A stretch of 64,000 nucleotides of DNA from an uncultured Poribacteria bacterium (GCA_958296135.2 CATQHZ020000001.1:736001-800000); one strand, 5' to 3'. Counted from the stretch's first letter, positions 19,965 through 29,608 are shown. Notes: generated from the sequence alone by a model not told the origin. Translations and numbers: made by a program.

Positions 19965-21572
19965 ATGGCAGCTACCAAATTTTTTGAGACGCGTGGACCT
20001 GTTGATCCGGCGTTGCACTATGTAGTGGCTCGCACGGTGGAGTTGGCGGAGTTGATGCGTCGTATAAAACTAGGGCGGTATCTCGTCATCTTTGCGCCGC
20101 GTCAGACGGGGAAGACGACGTTCTTTCGGTGGGCACTTGCGGCGCTTGCGGCTGAGGACGAAACCTATTTTCCGATTCAATTGGATTTTGAGGCGTATAA
20201 AAACTACTCTCCCGCTGATTTCTACGCGAACCTCCACGAAGATATTCTTGAGGAGATAGAGTCTGTTTTCCAGCATCGGGGCAGCGTGATGCCCTCGGCT
20301 TTAACGCAGTTTTTAGCGGGCGCGACGCTGACGGACCACGTTGCCATGATAAGGTTTTTTAGTCGGTTTGCGCGCGTGCTAGGGCATCCGCGGGTTGTGC
20401 TGCTGATAGACGAATTCGATGGCATCCCGTCGGCTGTGGTGAGTGATTTTCTGTATGCCCTTCGGCGTGTCTATGTCTCTAAGTTTCGCGATGCCCGGTG
20501 TCCGTATAGTATAGGCATTGTTGGTGTCAAGAATATCACGCAGTTGAACTACGATAGGACTATCTCTCCGTTTAAGATCCAAGATGAGTTCCAGTTGCCC
20601 GGCTTCACGCTGGCACAGGTGCAGGAGCTGCTCGGCCAGTATACCGCCGAAGTGGGACAGCCGTTTGCCTCCGAAGTCGTTGCGACGTTGCATCGGCAGA
20701 CAGGGGGACAACCGTTTCTCGTCAACCGGCTTGCGCAGCTGCTCACCCAGGAGATGGATATCCCGCGAGACACTGTCATTTCCCTGGAACACTTTGCCGA
20801 GGCACATCGGGTGCTCCTGACAGAAGACAATGTCAACTTCAATCATTTGACGACGAATGTCCAGCGAGATCCGCGGTTTGAACGGCTGCTGATGCGCATT
20901 GCTTCGTCGGCGCAGCCCCTCAGTTTCAACCCGCGTAATGATGTCATGAAGGAACTGACAACCTACGGTGTCATCGCGAAAGGGACAGATGGAAATTGTG
21001 AGATTGTCAATCCGATTTACCAGTCTTGCGTGTTGCAGGCATTCCAGCCGGTGATAAACGGGTTGGAGGCCGACTACTTTCCCGCGGGTACCAAAAGCGG
21101 TTATCAGGATTACGTCACATCGTCAGGGGAGCTTGCGCTGGGGCCCTTGCTGGATAACTTCCGTGATTTCATTGTTCGTGCGGGGTTTCGTATTCTTGAA
21201 GTGCCGCGTCTTCCGAGTGAATCGGTTGGGCAGCACCTCTTGGCGGCTTATCTTGATGGTTTTGTGAAAGCGGTGGGGGGTTTCCTGTATCTGGAGGTTC
21301 CAACGGGGCGCGGTCGGACAGATTTGATTATTCTTCATCATCGTAGGAAGTATATCGTAGAGACGAAGGTGTGGGGTGGTGCGGAGCTATATGCGGCAGG
21401 GAAGCGTCAGCTTGCTGCGTATCTGAAGTTGGAGGGTGCGGTTGAGGGTTACTATGTGGTGTTCGATCATCGTCAGTCTCCGGTGCCGCGTGTTGAAACG
21501 GAGCGGGTGGATGGTGTTTCGATTCGGAGTTATGTGATTCCGGTGGTGCAGTCTCGCCCTTCGGATGTTTGA
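19965..21572 (+). CDS. AAA-like ATPase (AAA_35-like) fused to a C-terminal PD-(D/E)XK nuclease-like domain
   Basis: APRQTGKTT Walker A, LLIDEFD Walker B, TGGQPFLV, GRTDL...IVETK...QLAAY. Confidence 0.82.
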   Translation: MAATKFFETRGPVDPALHYVVARTVELAELMRRIKLGRYLVIFAPRQTGKTTFFRWALAALAAEDETYFPIQLDFEAYKNYSPADFYANLHEDILEEIESVFQHRGSVMPSALTQFLAGATLTDHVAMIRFFSRFARVLGHPRVVLLIDEFDGIPSAVVSDFLYALRRVYVSKFRDARCPYSIGIVGVKNITQLNYDRTISPFKIQDEFQLPGFTLAQVQELLGQYTAEVGQPFASEVVATLHRQTGGQPFLVNRLAQLLTQEMDIPRDTVISLEHFAEAHRVLLTEDNVNFNHLTTNVQRDPRFERLLMRIASSAQPLSFNPRNDVMKELTTYGVIAKGTDGNCEIVNPIYQSCVLQAFQPVINGLEADYFPAGTKSGYQDYVTSSGELALGPLLDNFRDFIVRAGFRILEVPRLPSESVGQHLLAAYLDGFVKAVGGFLYLEVPTGRGRTDLIILHHRRKYIVETKVWGGAELYAAGKRQLAAYLKLEGAVEGYYVVFDHRQSPVPRVETERVDGVSIRSYVIPVVQSRPSDV

Positions 21573-21581
21573 GGAAACGCG

Positions 21582-23768
21582 ATGGTTCGGGTAAAAAATC
21601 GATTCCACAGCGCGCTTGGAAAGCGCGCCTACCGGGGGTATCTGCTCTGTTTTTTGATGTGCACCGTGCCCCTCGTCGGGCATCCGCAAGGCACATGGCT
21701 GCCGATGTCAGCCGGTCCGCCGAGTGCGCGATGGCTCCATACCGCTGTCTGGACCGGGGAAGCGTTCATCGTCTGGGGCGGCATTGATACAAACGGCCCG
21801 CTTCAGACTGGCGGCAGTTACACGCCAGCGACGAACGCTTGGATGCCTCTTCCCACCGATGGCGCGCCCGCTGCACGCGCAGACCACGGTGCTATCTGGA
21901 CAGGCACGCAGATGGTTGTTTGGGGCGGGTTTGATAAAGAAAACACGCCGCTGCAGCGTGGCGGCATTTACTCGCCGATGCATCGGAAGTGGGATAGCCT
22001 CGCTATCCAGAGTGCCCCGGATGCGCGCGGCGGCCACACCGCTGTCTGGAACGGACAGGAACTGATTATCTGGGGTGGATGGGATGGCAGGCACACACAT
22101 TTTAGCACCGGGGGCCGCTATTCGCCAGAAAGCGACGTGTGGAAGCCGATGTCTACCCTGCACGCGCCTCAGCCGCGGACAAGTCACACCGCTGTCTGGA
22201 CAGGAGCTCGAATGCTGGTTTGGGGTGGTTTTGATAGGCACAAACAACCCTTGCAAATCGGCGGTGCTTATTCCCCGAAAACCGATTCATGGCAGCTTCT
22301 TTCCGCTGCAGATGCTCCCTCACCTCGCGCAGTGCATACTGCTGTCTGGACCGGGGATGCGATGATTATCTGGGGTGGGCTGGACACTGCGCAACACCCT
22401 CTCCACACCGGCGGCATTTACTCGCCGGGGACAGAGACGTGGAAACCCATCTCTACTGCTGGCGCGCCGAGTGCCCGCGCAGGCCACACCGCAATGTGGA
22501 TAGGTGACAAGATGCTGATATGGGGAGGATTTGGCCGGAACGGGCAACTCCTGCAGACAGGCGCGCTTTATGAACCGAGAACGGATACATGGGTGCCGCT
22601 TCCGGTGCAAAACGCACCTATCGGCAGACTGGGGCACGCAGCCGCTTGGACAGGCACGCAGCTGTTCGTCTGGGGGGGCACCGATAAGCGGCGTTATCTG
22701 GATACCGGCAATCGGTATATTCCGGGAACCGCGCGGTGGGTAGCACTTCCAGACGAGCGCGGTGCCTCGGCGCGGGGCGGGCACACAGCTGTCTGGACAG
22801 GGGAGCAGCTGCTCATCTGGGGCGGCACATCGCGGACGGGCTATCTCAATACCGGCGGCAGTTACACGCTCCAGACTGAGGTGTGGCAGCCGCTGTCAAC
22901 TGATGGTGCGCCTGCCGCGCGCGCCGGCCATACGGCAGTCTGGACAGGGGAGCAGATGTTCATCTGGGGTGGCACATCGCAGATGGGACACCTCAATACC
23001 GGCGGCAGTTACACGCCACAAACCGATATGTGGAAACCGCTCGCCACGCATCAGGCACCCGAAAGCGCGTTCCTTCACAGCGCGGTGTGGACAGGCACGC
23101 AGTTCATCGTGTGGGGCGGGTTGAATCCCGATGAAACGCCGGTGCAGACAGGGGGGATTTACACTCCGAATAGTGACGTTTGGATACCTACTTCCATGGA
23201 AGGCGCGCCGAGTCCTCGTAGCGGGCATACCGCCGTGTGGAGCGGCGACGCGATGCTCGTCTGGGGAGGTACGACGCAGGAGGGATATGTCAACACAGGA
23301 GGATGGTATCATCCCGCGACAGATACGTGGGGCCCGCTGAGCCTCTCTGGTGCGCCGGAGGGGAGGTTCGGCCACACCGCCGTTTGGACAGGCACGCGCA
23401 TGCTGATTTGGGGCGGTACCGATGGCGTGCAGCCGCTCAACACCGGGAGAATCTACGATGCGAAAACGGACACATGGCACCCTCTCTCTACACAAAACGC
23501 GCCCGATGCCCGCTTTGGACATCGGGCAGTCTGGAACGGCTCAGTGATGGTTGTCTGGGGTGGTTACGGTAACAAAGGCAAACCGCTGAAGACAGGTGGT
23601 ATGTATGAACCGAAAACCGACACGTGGCACGCGCTTTCCACAGAGGGAGTTCCAGATGGACAAGTGCTTCACACTGCGGTTTGGACAGGCGATAAGATGA
23701 TTGTTTGGGGTGGCACTGATGGGAAGTTCCCTCAGCATACGGGCGCGGTGTGGATACCGTCCCCGTAG
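21582..23768 (+). CDS. Kelch-like repeat protein (14 repeats of ~50 aa), probably secreted
   Basis: 14 copies of HTAVWTG-x-xxVWGG...TGGxYxP...W; hydrophobic N-terminus. Confidence 0.85.
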   Translation: MVRVKNRFHSALGKRAYRGYLLCFLMCTVPLVGHPQGTWLPMSAGPPSARWLHTAVWTGEAFIVWGGIDTNGPLQTGGSYTPATNAWMPLPTDGAPAARADHGAIWTGTQMVVWGGFDKENTPLQRGGIYSPMHRKWDSLAIQSAPDARGGHTAVWNGQELIIWGGWDGRHTHFSTGGRYSPESDVWKPMSTLHAPQPRTSHTAVWTGARMLVWGGFDRHKQPLQIGGAYSPKTDSWQLLSAADAPSPRAVHTAVWTGDAMIIWGGLDTAQHPLHTGGIYSPGTETWKPISTAGAPSARAGHTAMWIGDKMLIWGGFGRNGQLLQTGALYEPRTDTWVPLPVQNAPIGRLGHAAAWTGTQLFVWGGTDKRRYLDTGNRYIPGTARWVALPDERGASARGGHTAVWTGEQLLIWGGTSRTGYLNTGGSYTLQTEVWQPLSTDGAPAARAGHTAVWTGEQMFIWGGTSQMGHLNTGGSYTPQTDMWKPLATHQAPESAFLHSAVWTGTQFIVWGGLNPDETPVQTGGIYTPNSDVWIPTSMEGAPSPRSGHTAVWSGDAMLVWGGTTQEGYVNTGGWYHPATDTWGPLSLSGAPEGRFGHTAVWTGTRMLIWGGTDGVQPLNTGRIYDAKTDTWHPLSTQNAPDARFGHRAVWNGSVMVVWGGYGNKGKPLKTGGMYEPKTDTWHALSTEGVPDGQVLHTAVWTGDKMIVWGGTDGKFPQHTGAVWIPSP

Positions 23769-23860
23769 GCGCGCGTTGGATGCGCACCTCCCCGTGGGCG
23801 CGATATGGAGGCAGAGCCCGTAGGTGAACGTTTTAGGAATTTGTGTAAGGCCTGTGGGCA

Positions 23861-25366
23861 TTATTTCACTTCGCGGAGTTGCGTGAGCATCTCCATCGCG
23901 TGCTTATTCTCCGGCTCCAACTGTAACACTTTTTCAAAAGCGGCGATTGCTTCCGAGACGTTCCCAAGTTTATGGAGCGCGAACCCTAAGGCACCGTAAG
24001 CACGAACGTGCGCCGCATCAAGTGCCAGCACCTTTTCAAACCGCGCCACCGCCTTCTCGTAGTGCTCCTGCGTCAAAAAGATTAAGCCGAGTCTGTAAAC
24101 CGCTTGCACATCCGTTTCATCGTCGGCGATGGCGACTTTGTAGTGCGGTTCGGCTTTGGCATACGCCTGTTTTTTCCAATACACCTCGGCGAGCGCGCGG
24201 TGCAACACAGGGGTGTGTGGCGTGAGTGCCAGTGCCTTTTGATACTGCGCAATGGCCGACACATTCCTCCCAAGCTTATCATAGACGCGCCCCAAATAAT
24301 AGTGAACTTCCGCGGTCAAATCGGTAATCTCCGGGGGTGTTTTGTCCGTTTCACTGCGGAGTAACACGTGTGCGCTCTCAAACGCGGCGATTGCCTCATT
24401 ATACCGTTCCGTGTGAAGCAACGCGATGCCGTAATCCCGCCACACCTCTACATCTTTTTGTTTATGCGAGATGAGCGGTTCAAATTCCGCGGCGGCTCTG
24501 ACAAAATCGCCTTCTGCCAGATGGTGTCTGCCGCGCTCTGCATAGAGCGGCGCGGTTACCCCCGCGCGTAACACCTCCCACCACAGCGGGTCGCGTAACT
24601 TGTTGTACTGGCTAGGTTGGCGGGCTGATGCTGCATGCCGTTTCGCCGCCGCTGTTTCGCCCGAGGCGAGTTGCACTTGCGCCATCAAGGCGTGTGCCTC
24701 ACGCTGATTCGGGTTAATCCGAAGGGCGCGTGCCAAATGTGTCTTGGCAAGTCCAATTTGCTGTCTCGCGAGGGCAATCTCCCCGAGCCAGAGTGCCGAA
24801 AACGGATTGTCGGGTTGGAGGTTCTTCGCGCGTTCTAAATGGTGCTTCGCCTCATCGAGCCGCCCGAGCACCCGAAGCGCAGCGGCGAGATAGAGATGCG
24901 CCGGCACGTCCGTAGCATCCAACTGAAGCGCGCGGGTGAATGCCTTCACTGCCGCTTGCGGTGCTCGCTGCACCGTCATCCGTCCGAGAAAATAGTGCCA
25001 CCGGAATTCATCTGGCGCAAGGCGACTTGCACGGCGGTAACACGGCACCGAGGGCTCCTCCCATCCGTGGACGAGGTAGACATGCCCTAGTTTCCCCCAT
25101 GCTTCGGCATCGTCGGGGGCATTGCGGACTGCTTTTTGCGCCGTTGCAATTGCATCCAACAGCAATTTTTCCTCAACGAGGTTCAGATCGGCGGGTTCTG
25201 GCACCTCAATTTCTTCGGCTGCCAGTAGCATCGCGTTCATCAGAATAAGCAGCAGGGTAACACCGAAAAGGCTCCGTGGCCGCGCGTTGTAAGCGCGCCC
25301 ACGGGGTGAAGCGCGGTTGGAAACCGCGCCTACCGGCAGACGTGGATTTTTGTGCATGAATTTCAA
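23861..25366 (-). CDS. TPR repeat protein, secreted
   Basis: Many TPR consensus helices; hydrophobic signal; TTG start overlaps the upstream stop (exact start uncertain). Confidence 0.85.
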   Translation of the reverse strand: MKFMHKNPRLPVGAVSNRASPRGRAYNARPRSLFGVTLLLILMNAMLLAAEEIEVPEPADLNLVEEKLLLDAIATAQKAVRNAPDDAEAWGKLGHVYLVHGWEEPSVPCYRRASRLAPDEFRWHYFLGRMTVQRAPQAAVKAFTRALQLDATDVPAHLYLAAALRVLGRLDEAKHHLERAKNLQPDNPFSALWLGEIALARQQIGLAKTHLARALRINPNQREAHALMAQVQLASGETAAAKRHAASARQPSQYNKLRDPLWWEVLRAGVTAPLYAERGRHHLAEGDFVRAAAEFEPLISHKQKDVEVWRDYGIALLHTERYNEAIAAFESAHVLLRSETDKTPPEITDLTAEVHYYLGRVYDKLGRNVSAIAQYQKALALTPHTPVLHRALAEVYWKKQAYAKAEPHYKVAIADDETDVQAVYRLGLIFLTQEHYEKAVARFEKVLALDAAHVRAYGALGFALHKLGNVSEAIAAFEKVLQLEPENKHAMEMLTQLREVK

Positions 25367-27177
25367 AACAGTTCCCCCTTTCCTTGATAAACTGTCACCC
25401 GCTGGTTAACAGCAGTGCCGGGAAATCTTTCACGACTGCCATCGGGCCACCGCACCTCAATTGCTTGGAGCTCGTCAATAGTGCCCAAGCCGAAATGCAC
25501 ACTCGGTTCGCTGCTGCTGAGATAACTGCTATGCGGCAGGACAAATCCCGTTCGCGATGCTTTTCCGCCAATCTTAAGCGTTACTTGCGCACCAAGCGCG
25601 TCCCTATTTTGGCTGATAGCCTGCACGAAAAGCCAGTTGTGTTCGGGTGGCGGCGCATCGTTTTGACAGACACGGATGCGATTGTCAAGGGTGCTGACAA
25701 CCAGGTCCAAGTCGCCATCTCTATCAATATCGCCGAAAGCCATGCCGCGACTCACCTCAATCTGTCCCGTGAAATCTGAAGCACGCGAACTGACATCGGT
25801 GAAAACCGGCGGTTGTGAATGCGAGGACGAATTTCCATATCTCTCTGTCTTCTTGTTTTGTAAGGTTGGATTTCTATATCCGTCCGCTCCACCGTTCCTA
25901 GCATTCTGAAAAAGCAGATTCGGTTCTGCGTAAAAATTCCAGAATTCACCTGCGTTCGCGCCTTCAATTACGGGCCCGCGTTTCACTCTGCCGTTGACAA
26001 CGGCGATATCCAGAGCTGCGTCGTTATCAAAATCGATGAACCCGCATCCAAATCCCGTAAACGGCACATCGCCCCCTGCGAACCCCGCCATCTCTGTCAT
26101 ATCCATAAACGTCGCGTCCAGCGAACTGCGATAGAAGGTGTTCGTTTCGTCGGTTAAGTGCGTTACAAACAGGTCTGGGTGCGTGTCGCCGTTGACATCT
26201 CCGACAGCGATGCCCATGCTTCCTTCGGGTTGTCCGTAGGTGTTGAAGGCGAGCCCGCGCAAGATAGCCTCCTCAGCAAAGGTGCCATCCTTCTGATTTA
26301 CCCAGAGGTGGTTCGCTTCGCCATCGTTAGCGACATAGAAATCGGCCCAGCCGTCTCCCGTTAAATCAAGGCAGACAACGCCGAGCCCGCGGCCGGGAGT
26401 TGCGGCGATGCCGGCCTGTTCCGTTACGTCGGTGAAGGTGCCGTCGCCGTTGTTGAGGAATAGCCGGTCTGGGGCGGGGTTGAACCTTTGCGGATTGCAA
26501 TAATCTTGCGCGCCGTGTTTGCCTCGGCAAATCGCATCCGCATCGAATTGAACGTAGTTTGTTACATAGAGATCGAGGTGTCCATCCCGATTCACATCGC
26601 CAAACGCCGCGGATGTCCCCCATGCGTCGTTGGAGAGTCCAGCGGCATCTAACACAAAAGTGCCGTCGCCATTGTTGCGGTAGAATGCATCGGGGCCGTA
26701 GTTCGTCACGTAGACATCGGCATCGCTGTCGTTGTCCACATCGCCGATAGCGATGCCTTGGCCGTAGCCCGTATGCCCGATACCCGCGGCTTCCGTAACG
26801 TCAAGGAACGTGCCATCGGGTTGTTGCTGATACAGCCGATTCGGCGCGGGCGCGTGTGGTTGCCCGGGCGGCGGAAATCGGACGTGCAGGATATCTAGCG
26901 CGTCATCTCCGTTGTAGTCGAACAGCGCAACCCCGCCTCCGATGACTTCATGCAGCGCGTAAGTGCCGGGGGGCCACAATGTATCGGTGTGCTGAAATCC
27001 GAGTTCAGCGGTTATCTCGACAAATAGCGGCGCGGCCGTTTCCGCTTGGCTGACGCATGTCACTATCGCGGCGATGATAAATGCAAGGGCGTATCGTTTA
27101 AACACGTTATTTTGCGAACCCTCATTTTTCTTGAATAAAAACGTTTCATTGTGTATCATATATATCATATATATCAT
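25363..27177 (-). CDS. CRTAC1 family protein (FG-GAP repeats plus ASPIC/UnbV)
   Basis: GGGVALFDYNGD, GDVDNDSDAD, GSMG, SRGMAFGDIDRDGDLD, HFGLG...WPDG. Start uncertain. Confidence 0.88.
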   Translation of the reverse strand: MIYMIYMIHNETFLFKKNEGSQNNVFKRYALAFIIAAIVTCVSQAETAAPLFVEITAELGFQHTDTLWPPGTYALHEVIGGGVALFDYNGDDALDILHVRFPPPGQPHAPAPNRLYQQQPDGTFLDVTEAAGIGHTGYGQGIAIGDVDNDSDADVYVTNYGPDAFYRNNGDGTFVLDAAGLSNDAWGTSAAFGDVNRDGHLDLYVTNYVQFDADAICRGKHGAQDYCNPQRFNPAPDRLFLNNGDGTFTDVTEQAGIAATPGRGLGVVCLDLTGDGWADFYVANDGEANHLWVNQKDGTFAEEAILRGLAFNTYGQPEGSMGIAVGDVNGDTHPDLFVTHLTDETNTFYRSSLDATFMDMTEMAGFAGGDVPFTGFGCGFIDFDNDAALDIAVVNGRVKRGPVIEGANAGEFWNFYAEPNLLFQNARNGGADGYRNPTLQNKKTERYGNSSSHSQPPVFTDVSSRASDFTGQIEVSRGMAFGDIDRDGDLDLVVSTLDNRIRVCQNDAPPPEHNWLFVQAISQNRDALGAQVTLKIGGKASRTGFVLPHSSYLSSSEPSVHFGLGTIDELQAIEVRWPDGSRERFPGTAVNQRVTVYQGKGELF

Positions 27178-27180
27178 ATA
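27155..27180. repeat. 9-bp tandem repeat (ATCATATAT) x ~3 between divergent genes
   Basis: Directly visible in the sequence. Confidence 0.7.
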
Positions 27181-27202
27181 GACGCTTTACAAGGAGAAGA
27201 GC

Positions 27203-28108
27203 ATGAAAGCGAAATTCACGTTTCTGGCAATCGCTCTTGTTGTGCTGCTGTGTCTTCCTGCGGCAGTGCTCGCGCAACAGAGGATAGACATTCCATCAAA
27301 CGCGGTAAACGGTGGCGAGAGACTTGTCTTGGACTCCGCCGAGCGTTTGGGGATAACCCCTGCCGAGTTGCAGGAGCTCTCCAAAGTTTTCTCCGAGGGC
27401 GCGACGATTGAGTTGCTGAAACCCGTAGATGCCACCGCGCAGCCGAAAGACCTGGTTTTCAGCAAGGTTAGTTGGATGCGCGATGCTAACGATTCAAACA
27501 TCCAAACATTTCTGGACAGTGGCGAGACAGTTCGATTGCAAATTCATCGCGACCCGGGGGAACCCCGAGAGGTGCATGTCCTCACGGGAATCCGGTCAAG
27601 ACCGGTGCAGATTGTGCTTTACAACACGACAAAGAGTCGTATCGATTTGCGGGGATGGCAACTTCGGATAACACCCGGTGCTATTCCCGATGAAACCGAT
27701 GCAGCTATTGACAGGATGAGCAACGTCGACATAGATTTTTCGCAAAACCCCGGACAGGATACCAAGGAAATCATCCTACCGCCGAACGAGTTTTCAATGC
27801 TGCGCAAGATAGATTACGCCAGTGTCAATGACCCGGGCAAAACGCGGATGGAACAGTTGCGCGGTATCCCCGATGGCATCGATGCGAAAAGTTGGGGAAC
27901 CAGCGCGGCATTTGAAGCCGAAATGGTTGAAATTGACAGCAGGTTCGGTGGGAGTGACTGGATGGAGTTGCGCAACACCACCGATAAGCCAATCGATTTC
28001 AAAAAGTGGATTCTGTTGGTGCATCCTGAGGAGGACGACAGGAGCGTTCGCCCGAAGGGAACGCTGCGCCTTCAGAAACCGGCCGAACCTTTCATCGAAG
28101 ACCGGTAG
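27203..28108 (+). CDS. Secreted protein with degenerate lamin-tail-domain-like repeats
   Basis: AAGGAG RBS, signal peptide, IVLYNTT...IDLRGWQL and WMELRNTTDKPIDFKKWIL. Confidence 0.65.
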   Translation: MKAKFTFLAIALVVLLCLPAAVLAQQRIDIPSNAVNGGERLVLDSAERLGITPAELQELSKVFSEGATIELLKPVDATAQPKDLVFSKVSWMRDANDSNIQTFLDSGETVRLQIHRDPGEPREVHVLTGIRSRPVQIVLYNTTKSRIDLRGWQLRITPGAIPDETDAAIDRMSNVDIDFSQNPGQDTKEIILPPNEFSMLRKIDYASVNDPGKTRMEQLRGIPDGIDAKSWGTSAAFEAEMVEIDSRFGGSDWMELRNTTDKPIDFKKWILLVHPEEDDRSVRPKGTLRLQKPAEPFIEDR

Positions 28109-28141
28109 TTCCTCCTGCGTTTTTCGCGGCGGTTGCAGGTT

Positions 28142-28455
28142 CGCGAGGGACAGTGGACATCTCTGCAGCGAGGCTGCAGAGATGACAAAGTTAAAGTAAG
28201 TAAGGTAGCGTGTTTACGCGGGGCGACACACGCACATTTTCTGTAGACGTGACCGTGCTTTCGCGAGGCGACACACGCACGTTTGCTGTAGACGTGACCG
28301 TGCTGACGCGGGGCGACACACGCACATTTTCTGTAGGCGTAACCGTGCTTACACGGGGCGACACACGCACGTTTGCTGTAGGCGTGACCGTGCTGACGCG
28401 GGGCGACACACGCACATTTTCTGTAGACGTGACCGTGACGGCCCTCGCGCTACGG
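28142..28455. repeat. REP with hairpin cargo and internal 5 x 45-bp tandem array (28210-28434)
   Basis: REP arms CGCGAGGGACAG / GCCCTCGCGCTACGG enclose a hairpin and five 45-bp units with no spacers. Confidence 0.9.
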
Positions 28456-28525
28456 GGCCGCGGCCCGAGATGATGCTCGGTGCATCTATCGCGCTCGCGC
28501 TATGGGGCCGGGGTGGTTTCCTTCG

Positions 28526-29608
28526 CTAAGTCAAATCAAGGACACTCCGCGCGACTTCCCCTTTTCCCAGAGCCTCAAACGCATCGTTAATCCCCTCCAG
28601 CGGATAGGTGCGCGTGACGAGTTCATCCAGTTTCAGGTGCCCTGCTTTATAGAGGGAAACCAACCGCGGGAAATCAATGTGCGGCCGCGCCGTGCCATAC
28701 ATGGAGCCGATGACTGTTTTTTCAGCCATCAACATCCGGGCATCGAAATCGACAGGCGTATTTTCAGGTGCGTGCCCGACGAAGACTGTCACGCCGCGGC
28801 TGCGCGTGCAGAGAATCGCTTGGCGGAACGTTTCGCCTATCAGGCCGATTGCCTCAAACGCGTAGTGGGCACCGCGCCCATCGGTAATCTCCCGAATCTT
28901 TTCGACCGGGTCTGTTTTGGCGGCGTTCACGGTATGCGTCGCGCCGAATTGCCTGCCGAGTTCCAGTTTGTTGTCCAGCACATCAACGGCGATGAGCGGG
29001 TCCGCGCCTGACATACTTGCGCCTTGGATGCAGTTGAGCCCAACGCCGCCGCATCCGAACACCGCCACCGAGTTGCCGGGGGCAACCTGCGCAGTATTGA
29101 TGGCAGCACCGACACCTGTCATCACGCCGCATCCGATGAGCGCGGCTTGTGGGAGCGGCATGGCTTTATCAATCGGCACAACTGCGTCTTGCGGCACGAG
29201 TGTTTCGGTGCTAAAGGTGCCCAGCCCTGCCATCTTGTCGATCTCGCTGCCTCCTGCTTTCTTGGCGGGGCGACCGGAGTTATCGGAAGGTAAGGCGCAC
29301 AGATTCGGGAATCCCTTCTGGCACATTTCGCAGAACCCGCAGTTCCGTTTCCATGAGAGGATAACGTGGTCTCCGACTTGGATCTGGGTGACTTCGCTTC
29401 CGATTTCTTCGACGATGCCAGCACCTTCGTGCCCAAGGATGATGGGGAGTCCGACGTGGGGCCATTCTCCTTTAACGATGTGCCAATCGGAGTGGCAGAC
29501 CCCGCTTGCTACCAAGCGCACGCGCACCTGATTCGGCCCCGTATCGGGTAAGTCAAACTCTTCAATTTTCAAGTGTGTCTCAATGTCATACAACACAGCG
29601 GCTTTCAT
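28526..29608 (-). CDS. Zn-dependent alcohol dehydrogenase (class III-like)
   Basis: GVCHSD, GHEGAG, CGFCEMC...C, GCGGVG. Confidence 0.93.
   Translation of the reverse strand: MKAAVLYDIETHLKIEEFDLPDTGPNQVRVRLVASGVCHSDWHIVKGEWPHVGLPIILGHEGAGIVEEIGSEVTQIQVGDHVILSWKRNCGFCEMCQKGFPNLCALPSDNSGRPAKKAGGSEIDKMAGLGTFSTETLVPQDAVVPIDKAMPLPQAALIGCGVMTGVGAAINTAQVAPGNSVAVFGCGGVGLNCIQGASMSGADPLIAVDVLDNKLELGRQFGATHTVNAAKTDPVEKIREITDGRGAHYAFEAIGLIGETFRQAILCTRSRGVTVFVGHAPENTPVDFDARMLMAEKTVIGSMYGTARPHIDFPRLVSLYKAGHLKLDELVTRTYPLEGINDAFEALGKGEVARSVLDLT

Noticed and set aside
28210-28434. CRISPR array
   Set aside because: The units are contiguous 45-bp tandem copies with no unique spacers, and no cas genes are present.
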